A stretch of DNA of 64,000 nucleotides from Octopus sinensis. Taxonomy: Eukaryota. The stretch spans positions 114,638,001 to 114,702,000 of the forward strand of contig NC_042998.1 of assembly GCF_006345805.1 (NCBI RefSeq), read 5' to 3'. Shown here piece after piece: positions 13,645 to 27,964 of the stretch. The notes under the pieces are model-generated. The model did not search any database. It worked only from the letters and a program-made list of their open reading frames with translations, and had not been told where the DNA came from. Made by a program: the position numbers and the translations under genes. Within the stretch, counting starts at the first letter, position 1, and each line of letters opens with the position of its first letter.

Positions 13645-14370
13645 CTCATTTACTATTTTACTCGCTTCAGTCATTTGACTGCGGCCATGCTGGAACACCG
13701 CCTTTAGTCGAGCAAATCGACCCCATGACTTATTCTTTGTAAGCCTAGTACTTATTCTATCGGTCTCTTTTTGCCGAACCGCTAATTTACGGGGACGTAA
13801 GCACACCAGCATCGATTGTCAAGTGACACAGACACAAACACGCACACATACATACACACACATACATACACACACACGCGCATACACACACACACACTTT
13901 TCGCATCCAGCAGTCGTTGTAGTAACACGTATTTGTTTGTCTCCTGTGGCCTAAAGGCACTCTTTCACTAGCCAGCCCCAAACTCAACTCGTCCTGTCGA
14001 AAGACCCTTGTCCTGACGTCCTGGTTTTGTTTTTATCCTTACAATTATTGTTTTTACGTATTTGTATTCCTATTCGTGCTTTCTTTATTGTTTTTACGTA
14101 TTTTTGTATTTTTATTCGTGTACATCGTTCTCCGTCCTTGTGTTGTATACATTCGAGGCTTTCTTCCAAGGGGTCTAATGCGCTTGGCTTAGATTTCCCT
14201 TGGGGGCTGCCCAGATCGGAGCAATCTCAAGATTAATCAGCCGAAATTGCGAAGATGATCCGGTTCTTGACTGATAATTGAGGGCTTCGAATGTCCCGTC
14301 CTGTGTTTCTTGTGTCGTCTTCTAGGTGTTTCACGTTCTTGTCCCAGTTTGTATATATTTTTTTATTTTT

Positions 14371-14415
<45 letters not shown>

Positions 14416-14590
14416 CATACATACGACGGGCTTCATTCAGTTTCCGTCTACCAAATCCACTCACAAGGCTTTGGTCTGCCCGAGCCTATTGTAGAAGACA
14501 CTTGCACAAAGTGCCATGCAGTGGCACTGAATCCGGAACCATGTGGTTGGTAAGCAAGCTACTTACCACACACAGCCACTCCTGCGGCTA
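13645..14590 (-). mobile_element. SINE family A with a 473 bp insertion in its central microsatellite
   Basis: Tail half at 13645-13830 and head half at 14420-14590, both well conserved. Confidence 0.85.
13898..14370 (+). mobile_element. T-rich structured non-coding repeat, possibly PLE-derived, copy 1
   Basis: 14143-14350 is homologous to the reverse complement of 27705-27924, and the stems are conserved between the two copies. Confidence 0.65.
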
Positions 14591-15571
14591 TATTGTTTAA
14601 ACTTTAATATAATTCTAAGTATAGATAACATTTCGCACAAATCATTCGCATTGTGTATTGATTTCTATAGTAGAGCGTCCGGGGTATGTCGTCTCTGAAG
14701 AGACCGAATCCGGTCGTAATCCAGTGCCTAGCAGTCTGCCGTCTTTCTAGATGAGGTTATATGCTTTTTAAAGGTTTCTTTCAAATGCTTCTTTCAGATA
14801 ACATATTATAACTTCTGCCGTTCCATGTTTGTATGCATAGTATGTTATACACAAAGACAGTTTTTTAAGGCCATCTGAAGTGTGTATATTAAAGAATAAC
14901 GATAAGTCTGACACTCAAAGAATCTAGAGACGTTGGACGAAAAGTACCGGAAAAATAGGAATAGTTTAAAAAAGACAGCTAATACCATTGGACACAACAT
15001 CATCAAATTCCGATTTCTGCCTGCTTTGTGCCATTGCTGACTATCAGGTGATAAACCATAGTAAATCGATTATTAGGTGAAGCAGCGAAATGCAGAATAA
15101 TTAGAACATATTTCTAATTAATACATCTGCAGTGAGTCTAACAATTTAGTGGTGCGTAAAATAAATGCCGATAAAATATATACTGGGCGATATATGATCG
15201 AAAAATTGTTGCACTTGGAAACCCTTTCGTGATTAAGTTCGAAAATTATAGAAAGAAAAGAGTAAATATTTAAAGAGCAATGTATCTAGAACTATATTGT
15301 ATACAAAGAAAGAAAATTATAACACCAGAACATGGCGTATGATTTGAGGCACGGAACGGGCGATGCTTTGGGTTCTTCAGAAAATACATCATTTCACGTT
15401 GTTGCAGTTCACTTAGCTTGTAAAACTGAGTAATCCTGCGACAGACAGGTGTCCCATCCAAGGAGGAATATATATATATATGTGTGTGTGTGTGTGTCAG
15501 AGAAGCCAGGAAACCGGTACTATGTTCCTTACCAAGTAATGTGGACTTAGCATGTTATCGGAACTTAAGAA

Positions 15572-15990
15572 AGGTGGTGACCTAACACGCAACGAATTGC
15601 TTAGCAACATTTATTCCGATTTTACTTCCTGAATTAAAAATGCTGCTGGGGGTAGATTTTGTCTTTCTCCCTTTTGGAATCATTATAATAAGTACCAGAT
15701 GAGTACTGGGATCGATGTAATCCAGCCTCACCCCGACATTGCTGGCCTTGTGCTAAAATTTGAAACCAATATATTATCAGAATCTAAGGTGGTGAGCTGG
15801 TTGGATCATCAGCACACCAGTCGAAAGGCTTAGCGCCATTACGTACTGAGTTCAAATTCGGCCGATGTCGAGTTTGCCTTTCATCATTTCGGGGTCGATA
15901 AAATGAGTGGCAGAAGATCACTGGGATCAATGTACTCAAATTATCCCTTCTCTCCAAATTGCTGACCTTCTACTAAAATTTGAAACCAAA
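15572..15990 (+). mobile_element. Two tandem degenerate family-B SINEs
   Basis: Both units end attgctg.cctt.t.ctaaaatttgaaaccaa (~15770 and ~15990) and start aaggtggtga.ct. Confidence 0.65.
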
Positions 15991-16639
15991 ATAATATCAG
16001 AACTTAGTTCGTTATATTGGAATGAGAAAAGGTAAATTTAAATCAAACTGTAATTGATCTCACACCGGTGCTACTGCACGCATTTCTTTCCATAAATCAA
16101 CTAGTCGGCTGGTGCATAGAATCTGTATCTGTGTATGACAAGGCCCTCATCTTGCTATTTCTCTTTTCCATAAGTATGGTAAGCATTCGCTGTAAGAATA
16201 GGAATGATAACGACAACAGCAGAAACCACCGGAGCAACATCGATAATAATAATATTATCAATAATAATATTAATAAAAACTATGACAACAAACAAAACAA
16301 CAACATAGACGGTAACCTGATTAGCTATAATAAGAAGAGCAATAATCAATACATTTTTCTCTCACATTTCATTTAATCATAAATATTTGCGGATTGTTCC
16401 TTGCTGAAGTATTTTAGATCATTAAGATTATACCAAGAAGACAATATACGACTGAAAAACCTTCTTTACCTTCGTAAAAACATTATATAACTTAATCACT
16501 AGTATTCAACATATCTCTGCTTTTGCAGCAATTTTCGGGGGTTTTTTGTGTACAACGGTTGCTTTTTGTTGGGGTTTTTTTTTCATGTTGTGAGAAGGCG
16601 AATAAGTGGTTTAAAAATAACACAAACAAAGGTAATGAT

Positions 16640-16860
16640 AATGTTATTAATCCATTCTGCAGTAGGCAAAAGGACTGAAATTTCGAGGAAAGGAGTAAAT
16701 CGATTACAGTGGCCTCAGTAATCAACTGGTACTTCGACTCTTGAAGGGTGAAAAGCAAAATCGACCTCGGGCGGTATTTAAACTCAGGGCATAAAGCTGG
16801 AAGACATGCCGCGAAGTATTTTGTCCAGCGTCCTAATGATTCTGCCAACTCGCTGCCTTG
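16640..16860 (-). mobile_element. SINE family B
   Basis: gaagggtgaaaagcaaaatcgacctcggg...tttaaactcag...gattctgccaactcgctgcctt. Confidence 0.75.
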
Positions 16861-17021
<161 letters not shown>

Positions 17022-17563
17022 AGTACCAAGTAGTGGCTCTCGTGGCTTCTCATCTTAACTGATTGGAAGTATTATCATGCATATTGTTTTGTCTTGGTAT
17101 AAAAGATGGGCTACATCAAATATTCTGCTCAATACCACAGATTTGCCTGTCAGTTGTTTGACCTTAACAACTTGAGCATGTCCCTTAGTGGCTGACGATA
17201 TGTGCATCTCTGATCACGAGCAGATGTAGTGGGGGAGCATCATAGCTATGTGTTGAGAGGGATTCTTTGGGGTTTGAATAATTCACCTCTGGAAAGATGG
17301 GTGTTTCGTTAAACATCCTTAAAAACCCTTATTCAGGGCCTTTTGAGCGGGATGGTTTACTCGACCAGAAGAAAATTCTAACTGGGCCCTACCTGCAAGA
17401 TCACGCTCTGTTTATCTTGATATGAGACCAGAATGTGGCGCACATATGGTTGTGATGCATGTGTCTAGTGTACTTTTATCAGACGGGTAGTCATGATGGG
17501 TATGCAGAGCTTCGTATATTTTACCCCAGAGTCACTTTTATGGCATGCACTGCTCTCTCACTC
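17022..17563. mobile_element. ~545 bp (AAT)n-embedded repeat, copy 2
   Basis: Colinear with 778-1323, with the same termini. Confidence 0.8.
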
Positions 17564-17642
<79 letters not shown>

Positions 17643-17660
17643 TAAGAAGAAGAAGAAGAA

Positions 17661-19236
17661 TTTACACGGATTCTGAGGAAAGCAAAAGCTGGGTATGTAT
17701 TCAAAAGCCGCCAACAAAAATCAACCTTCTGTTATTCATGGATAACTTCAAACATTATGGTAAAGATGAAGCCCAAGTCAGTTCCCTCGTTGATACAGTG
17801 TATATTTTGAGTGCTGATATCAGAATGGAGTTCCGACTGAGAAAGTGTGGTGTGTTAGTCTTCAAGGGAGGCAAAATCAAATGTATGGACGGGCTATCGA
17901 TACCCTCGAGGGATGTTATGAGGGAGATAGAAGAGACGAGCGATAAGTACTTGGGTATTTTGGAAATGGATAAATTGCTGGAGAAAGAAAATACAGAAAA
18001 ATTTAAGATGGAGTACTTGCGCAGACTGAGACTGATCCTTAAGTCAAAATTAAACGGATGGAATAAAATTGAAGCTACCGGGGCGGTTTCACTCCTTAGA
18101 TATAGAATAGGGGTAATTGCATGGACAGTAGACGAACTAAACAGCTTAGACAGAAAGACAAAGGAAATTGTTAAGTAGATATGGGACACTCCACCCCAAA
18201 AAAGGACACAGACAGTGTATATGTACCAAGAAAAAGAAGTGGAACAGTATTTATTGGATGCGAACACTTCATTAGAGCAACATAGCATGGTATCTAAAAA
18301 ATGCCAATGAACCTCTATTATTAGAAGTAAGAAGGTCAGGCCAGTGTAGGATGAAAAATTGCAAAGACAAAGCAAAGTAAAAGCAACTGGAAACGAATAA
18401 AAATAGATAGGTAAAGAAATGAATGAGTGTACAATTTCATAGGGATGTTGAAGATAAGACAGACAGAGAAAAAGATGGCTGTGGATGACTAAAATTGATT
18501 TAAAACCGGAAACGGAGGCTAATCTGTGCTGCCCAAGAGTAATCACTAAGAATAAACTACAGAAAATACAGATCAGACAACACATCAGAAAGAGATAAGT
18601 GCAGAATCTATGGACAAAATGGTGAAACCGTATGGCATATTACCAGTCAATGTACGCCAGTAGTCCAGAGGGAATATAAGAGACGCCACGACAATATATC
18701 AAGACACTTTGCAACAAATATGGTCTGGACAGAGCAAAAAATTGGTACGACTACAAACCCGAAGGCCTCATTGAAAATGATAATACAAAGATCCTGTGGG
18801 ATTTTATGCTTCAGTGAGACAATCAGATAGAGAACAGGAGGCCAGAGATAGTCTTAATTGAGAAAGAAAGCAAACTATGCTGGATCATAGATATAGCATG
18901 CCCAGCTGAAAACAAGCTATGCGATAAGGGAGAAAGAAAATTCGTTCGATAGGTATGACAGGTTAGCTTGGAAGGTAAAGCAGTTGTGGTCGATGAAAAA
19001 GGTACCAGTAAATGTCGGAGCCCTGGCAACGGTGAGTAAAAATCTCGAGAAATACATGGAACAAATAGGGGCTGCAATAAGGGTGTACACTTGCATAACT
19101 TGCAGAAAACAGCACTGCTTGGAACCGCTCGAATACACCGGAAAGCACTCGCAAAGTAAGAGGTGCCACCTTAGATCACTGGTAGTGAACAGCTGACACC
19201 GTAGTACATCTTAAGCGTTAGAAGCTGTGCAAAGAC
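17661..19236 (+). mobile_element. 5'-truncated R4/Dong-clade retrotransposon
   Basis: INLLLFMDNFKHYGKDEAQVSSLVDTVY..MEFRLRKCGVL, KYLGILE, and the endonuclease region RRPEIVLIEKESKLCWIIDIACPAE. The 3' UTR (ccttag.tcactggtagtgaa.agctgacac) is shared with the 5397 end. (AAT)n lies on both sides. Confidence 0.88.
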
Positions 19237-19271
<35 letters not shown>

Positions 19272-19389
19272 CAATAACAACAATAACAACAACAACAACA
19301 CAACAATAATAATAATGATAATAACAACAACAATACCAATAATAATAATATTGATAATAATAATAATAATGATAATGATAATAATAATG

Positions 19390-19429
<40 letters not shown>

Positions 19430-19433
19430 TAAA

Positions 19434-19475
<42 letters not shown>

Positions 19476-19476
19476 G

Positions 19477-19538
<62 letters not shown>
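19237..19538. repeat. (AAT/AAC)n microsatellite
   Basis: Direct inspection. Confidence 0.95.
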
Positions 19539-19879
19539 TTCTTTTTCGTTTCAACGGCGGCAGATAATATTAATACAAACGGTGTTGTCGGTTTATGCAG
19601 ATTCTATTGTGAAAAAAATAAAAAAGAAGGAAAGTGTGGAAACAGAGACGATAAACAAATTTGGTACATTACAATAAATCTGCTGAATTTACAGTCCATT
19701 TTGTTTTATACAGAATGAAACAAGCAGTTTCCATGATAAAAGAAGACCGCATATATCAGAACAAAAAAATTAGAAACATGTCCAACAAAATATATATGCT
19801 CATACATAAAATAAACAAAAATAATCTGATACGGAAACATAATAATATAGATTCAATATTTTCTAGCTTTTTATCATAT

Positions 19880-20700
<821 letters not shown>

Positions 20701-21125
20701 AAAACACACAAACAAAGAAATAAACCAAATACACAACTACATATACACAGACTTCGCCTATGCGTATTCACTCGCATGCGCCTTCCTTCTTTCTTTCATT
20801 TCGTAACATGTTTTAAGCAAGTTTGCCTGGTTTTGCACAGTCTAACACCCAAAAGTACCTAGAAAATCAGAACGATCTATGGCGGTGCCATTTGTAGATA
20901 TAATCTCAAATAATAAATCGAACCCATTCAGCGATTATCAAATTACCGACTCTTATTTCACTTCACGGATATGTGTTTTCTGATATTTTCGCAAGAAGTT
21001 TCCAGTGTCTATCAGGATTTTTCCATACAAATAATTGTATCTGTACAAATACACGTATACTTTGCTGCGATAGAAATAATTGTGTAAAGTGTAGACGCCT
21101 GCGCATTTGCATGCACGTATATATA

Positions 21126-21180
<55 letters not shown>

Positions 21181-21768
21181 TATGCATATGTACGTATTTC
21201 TTCATATATTTATATATATGTATGTGTATATTTGTATATGTATACATAAATGTGCTTGTGTCTATGTTTGTATATATTTTTATTCGTGGAGATCGATATT
21301 TCCCTGTATACACAGTCACATCACAAACATACGTTTCTTAACATACATATACTTATATGTGTCAGTGTGAATGTTGTATATGGCTACGTACGCGCATTTT
21401 CGAAACCTGTTCTTCAATGAGTGAATGTGGACATGTAGGTGAGTGTATATATGTATGTATGTATGTGTGTGCGCGCGTGTGTGTGAGAGTGCGTGAGAAG
21501 GAGTACGTATGTTTGGCTTTGATGTATGGATATACTCATAGTTGTACGCGAATGAAACAAGACACTATGCTTAACTTCAATGGATATTTTGTGAGTATAC
21601 ATTGAAATGAGTATCTGTTAGGATGTGAAGCAACAACTCAAATATACATATACCTGTATGTTTATGTACCTATATGCATTTATATAAGAGTTGGAGATAC
21701 ATTTGTGTAAATTGCTCTAGTTTTATGGTCATCAGAAACGCAGAGAAATGCATACATGTACATACGTA

Positions 21769-22680
21769 TGGGGTCATATCATAAATAATGCGGTGTTTCG
21801 ATACTTCCTTTATTTTTCAAAATTAAGATAAAGTTTTTTTAAATCTAAAATATACTCTCCTTCATTTTCCAGAAAGGTCTTTCATCTATGTAGTAGAATT
21901 GCAAGGCCCATTATCCAAAATTCACTTGTCGGTAACGAAAAATACTCCCCCAGTAGTGTTCTGATTCCGTCTACAGAATACATATTTTTACCGCCCAAAT
22001 GAGTTTGAATACTGCAGAATTAATGATAATATCGGATGCGGCAATGTCCGCCGAATATGGTGGGTTGGACATCATTTCCCATTCAAACTCCTCCAGTCTT
22101 GGGAATGTCATCCTCACTGTATGTGGCCGAGCATTATTTGATGGAAGAACACCTTTCGTCTTGAAACCAAAGATGGTCGTTTTTTCTTCTAGCTCTGACT
22201 GAAGCCACTCAAGCTGCTCGCAGCAGATCTTCTTTGTTATCGTTTGATTTGGGTTTAAAAGTTCAAAGTGGACTAAACCTTTCGTATCCCACCAAACGGG
22301 TAACAACACCTTACGTGAGTGAAGACGTGAGTGTAGTTTCCGGCTGCGAATTTCTGGAACCACCGTTGAAATTGGCTTACGCTTATTGTCCGATCCCCAA
22401 ATACTGCATTAATATTCCTCGCACTTTCCGTTGCATTGTTGCCTTTGTTGAACTGATAAAGCAAAATATAACGAATATGCTCCTTTGTCACTTCTATTAT
22501 AGCATTTGAAAAAACAGCTGTTAATATCGAATTGCACTCTTCAAATCTTGCACTAAGAATAAGTACGAGGTAAAATTACTACCCGCTTTATAGCAAGTTG
22601 ATTCAGGTAATTTATGCCGTGCCCCTCCGGTTTTTACTTCATGCAATTGAAAAAACCGCATTATTTATGGGATGACTCAA
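21769..22680 (-). mobile_element. Internally deleted mariner (DD34D) transposon
   Basis: TIRs gggtcatatcataaataatgcggt and accgcattatttatgggatgactc. HTH region MTKEHIRYILLYQFNKGNNATESARNINAVFGD is fused to catalytic-region VWWDTKG...NNARPHT...PPYSADIAASD. Confidence 0.9.
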
Positions 22681-23151
22681 TGCATACATAAACACATAGA
22701 CATACATTTATACTTATAATTGCATTTTAATATTTCGCTTTGCGACACAAATATCCTGATGTAGAACTCAATATACTTTTGATTCTGAAAGAAGAGTTAG
22801 TCGAGTACAGACCGGTAATATTAGGAGCCCCTGATTTTCGACCCCCACATACATGCTTTTCGATAGGCAATGCTTTCCTGTATGTATGCATCATATTAAG
22901 GGATTAAACTTTTTATTCAAAATGACAGGCTTTTCCTTTTAAATGTTACTATGGATGCATGTTTTGATCTTATCAAAGATTCCGTGATTATTCTCACACA
23001 GACTTACTCATCATTAGTTTTAAGTTCTCCAACATTCATTTTTTATATAGTAGAAGGTTTCGCAGTTCCTAGGCATCCATCCATCCATCCATCCTTCCAT
23101 CCATATATCTATGTATATACATTTTACATCCACCGACACCCACTCACATAT

Positions 23152-23198
<47 letters not shown>

Positions 23199-23358
23199 CA
23201 CACAAACACACGCACACACACACATATACATATATACGTCGCATCAATCACACATACGCACATGTTGGATATATGATATTACAAAGTATTTGATTATGAA
23301 AATCGATGCATAACTTTACCAACAACGCAGAATACATCATGTATATAGATATACATGT

Positions 23359-23489
<131 letters not shown>

Positions 23490-25533
23490 TTATATATATA
23501 TATGTATATATACATGCAAATATAATCTTTGCAGTGACAGGTATAGAAAAATTTATACATACATATGTATTTATACATTTGTATACGGACGTTTCTAGGA
23601 GCACATTGTAAATTTGAAATCATATATCCTGTTTTTATATACAAAAAAGTTTTATTTAATATGGCAAAGTTTTAAAAGGTATACGTACATATGTATGCAG
23701 TATATCAATATCGAAGAAATGTTACAAAAGAAAAATAGGTATTTTAGTTTTCAAAATATATTTTCAAATATTGCTCTGCTTTGTTGAATTCAAGTCTTTG
23801 ATTATTTGCGAATGAATATTGCCTGAATCCTTTACATCTATCTTTATCTATGTAATATGTGTTTCTCTGTAACCAAGTTATTTAGCAAGTATGCATACAT
23901 ACATACATACATACATACATACATACATACATACATACATACATACATACATACATACACACACAACACACACACACACACACGCACACACACACATATA
24001 TATATATATATATGTGTGTGTGTCCGAGTTTCTATATGTGTGTGTGTTTTGTGTGCGAGTGCATAAACACATACAGATATGTGTGTGTCCGCCTCTGCTT
24101 GTATGTATTTGTAGGTGGATGTCTAAGTGTGAGTATATGTATATTTGTGTTTGTGTATACAATTATATTGAAATTGAAATGTGTGTATTCTTCACTTTGC
24201 CATTTGTTTGGAAAGAAAAAATCTCTCTCTGCCACACACACATATATACACCCATACAGACACACATATAGAATAAACAAATGAAATCCAAATATGCACA
24301 CACACACGCACACATACGTATAAGAGTTTGCTTGCGTATGCGTTTGCGTGTCTTGTGAGTGTTTGCTTATACAAATGCATCTGTGTGGCTGAGAATACTG
24401 TGTGCATATATGTTATAGATATATGATGTATTCGCCTATCTGTTTACCAAAATATTTTACCTCTATAAATGGGTAGGAGCCATTTTTTATTTTTGTTGAT
24501 GTATTAAACAGCTATTTTCGTTTATAATAAGCATAGAAATTGGTTTTCAAAATTGTAAAAAAGAGTAAAATGAGAGAAGAAAAAAAAACAGACGAGATTT
24601 GAATAGAAGAAAAAAAACAATAGCAACAGAAAGCCGAATTGCTCTACTATCAGAATCAAAGACTTCCAGTGTCCTCCCCTCGACGTCTCCTCTGTGACGT
24701 TTTCCTCTTTCTCTTTCTCTTCTCCTTCATCACCCTACTCCACCACCACTATACTGTGTACAAAGGCTGTTATCGTCACTATTTCAATAACTGTCCTCTT
24801 CATCATCGCACTCATCATCAACACCACCATCACCACGCCCACTACCGCCATATCATCATCATCACGACCAGCATGATCATCGGCCTCATCATCATTATCA
24901 TCATCATCATCATAATCATCATAATCATCATCATCTGCTTAAGCAATGATGAAAATAAAAGAAGTGAAGTCAGAGACCCTTTCAAGGCACATACATGAAC
25001 ACGCGCACACTAACATACGTATACACTCACACATACACGCACATACGCACTCACACAATTTCAGACACACACACACGCACACACACACAACCATCCCCGC
25101 CTGTGGTGAAGTTTCTTCGTTCTTTTGGTTTGCTCTTTCCTTTCAATTCAGCATCAATTTTGAAATAAGAATAAAAAAAGTTGTTTTATTTTTTCGTAAA
25201 TTTTACTTTTGAAAACACCGAAGGCAAGAAGGAAGAAAGATACCGTCCCATTTTCCGACAATGTTAGTAGTAGTAGTAGTAGTAGTAATGATAATAATGT
25301 GTATGATGATGATGATGATGATGATAATAATAATAATAATGTTGATCATGATGATGATGCTGACAGGTAGTTACTGTTAAAATAAACAAATGTCGACCAC
25401 ACAAAAGATACAAGAACATGATAGATGTAAGTATAGGCAAGATTGATATATATGCATTCATATATACATGCATGCGCAAGCGCCTACACACACATACAAA
25501 GATACATATTCATACCTGTAAGTGCATTATATA

Positions 25534-25571
<38 letters not shown>

Positions 25572-26257
25572 TACATATATATATATATAATATACATACA
25601 TATATATATATACATACATATATATATACATACATATATATACATATATATATATATAATATATATATATGTATGTATGTATATGTATATATATATGCAT
25701 GTATGTATGTATGTATGTATATATATATATATATATTATATATATATATATATATAAATACATATGTTTGAAAATTAACTGTTTTTCTAAGAGTTGAGCC
25801 AGCTCCTTGATTGACATTCGAACATATGCATGTGTGTGCATGTGTGTGTGCATGTGTGTGTGTGTGTGTGTGCGTACGTGTGTTTGCCTAGAGTCTGTGT
25901 GTGCGCGCGCGCGTGTGTGTGTGTAGGTATATATAACTGCATAATCCAATCCGTTGCTTTTCTGTCATGTTTTACGAAAAATAATTTTACATCCCTTTAC
26001 AAAAATTTGCCGCTTCTTTGAAAGGATGTTTTAAAAAATATGCGCATGGATATACCGTCACACAAACACACATAAACATAGGCATACAAACATATACAGA
26101 CACCCGAAATCCTAAAGGACAGGGAAATGAGTGTATGTGTGTTTGTGTGTGTGTGTACGTGTCCTTGTGTGTGTGTGTATGTGTGTGTACGTGTGTGTAT
26201 ACAAAAGTATATGTACATTATTTGGAGTAAATATTTATATACACCTATATATCTGGT

Positions 26258-26312
<55 letters not shown>

Positions 26313-26346
26313 TGTGTATGTGAGCACACACACATACATACATACA

Positions 26347-26430
<84 letters not shown>

Positions 26431-27704
26431 GCATGTGTCAAGGTGTGCGTTTTAGTTTGTTTACCTTATATACACACTCATACATGTAAGAAAGGCCACT
26501 ATGCTTTATAATTACAAGTTGATACATATTTCTGCAATAGATTTATAAAAGAATGAGAACGGATGGACAATTGTCAATACTGGAAATGGCTGGAAGTCAA
26601 TGTCTCCTTATAAATATAATTTTCAAGCAGTTGGAATATGATCGCTGAAGTTTTTTATCCGCACTTTAAAACGAGAAAGATAGCCTAATGTAATACACGC
26701 ACCCACCACTTACACACACTCAGAGGCGCACATACGCCTGTATAATGTATAATGTATACAATGTTTAAGGGTATATGTGTATGTTTCTTGTGAGAGATTA
26801 GATCTGATGAAACAAACATAAGAAGCAGAATTCTATATACTGTATTTGTTTATATGGTAATAGCTAGGAATTTATAAAACTCATTCAAGGATGGAGTCTT
26901 ACTCGCCAAGCGGTTCTTTGAGTCACTTTTTTTGTAGTTTCTGCGGTTATTTGAATGCACACACTCAAACATAGATACACATATTTGTTCATATAAATTT
27001 GTAGTATAAGATACGGATTCAGGAATCTTGTGGATATTACAGAAAGGTCTTTACTCGGATTCGGCTAAAACTCAACATAATTTTCTGATAAAGAGAAGTG
27101 TAATGTAGAGTGTCCAGAAATCTTTAAATCCAGCAGATCCCATCAATGAAATTATTTAATGTGGTTTAGTGATGAGTGTGGATTTATGGGTGTGTATCTG
27201 TATTCGATGTATTATGTATATATATGAGTGTCTGCATGTATAGGAATATATGTGTATATATATGAGAATTTATGTGTATATATGTTTTTGTGTATATATA
27301 TTTCTATACAAACACACAGACACGCACACGCACAAACACACGCACATACACACACAAACACACAGACAGAGACAGGTAGACAGACACACACACACATATA
27401 GTCAACAGATGAGATCCAGTGATACTAGTTATAGTAAACACTTATTAGCGCTCAAACGATTCGAACAGAGAATCTCATGGCTGTACGGAGCATCAATTCT
27501 GCAGAGTAATGAGTTTCTATCAGAGGAATAAAGGCGAATAGATATTGAGGAAATTATGCGGATAAATATATTAGATATAACCGCCTGAGTTTGATATACA
27601 ATATATATATATATACAAAATATGGGTGTTTCCCGTGATAATAATGTATATGATTTGAGATGTTTGCCTTACCTTAGCGTTTGCTGTTCTCTTACACTAT
27701 TATA

Positions 27705-27945
27705 TATATGTAAAGGAAGGCAAAAAAGGGGGCAACAAAACATCCAGACAGATGATACAGACATGGTGCCAAGAAAAAACAAGGATGGGTCATTCGGAGT
27801 TTTCTTTCTTCAGTCGAGTTCTAGGTTATCTTTGCAATTTCGGCTGTTTATACTCGAAATTGCTCCAGTGTGGCTATCCCCAAGGAAAAACTGGATTCCT
27901 TGGAAGAAAGCAGCGAATGTATACGAAAATAAAGCGGGAATATAT
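27705..27945 (-). mobile_element. Structured non-coding repeat, copy 2 of the 13898-14370 family
   Basis: Reverse complement reads gtatacattcg..gctttcttccaagg...ccttgggg...ggagcaat.tc.ag.....cagccgaaattgc.aagat...gactga....cgaatg.ccc.tcc. Confidence 0.7.
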
Positions 27946-27964
27946 ACATATATATATATACTTT

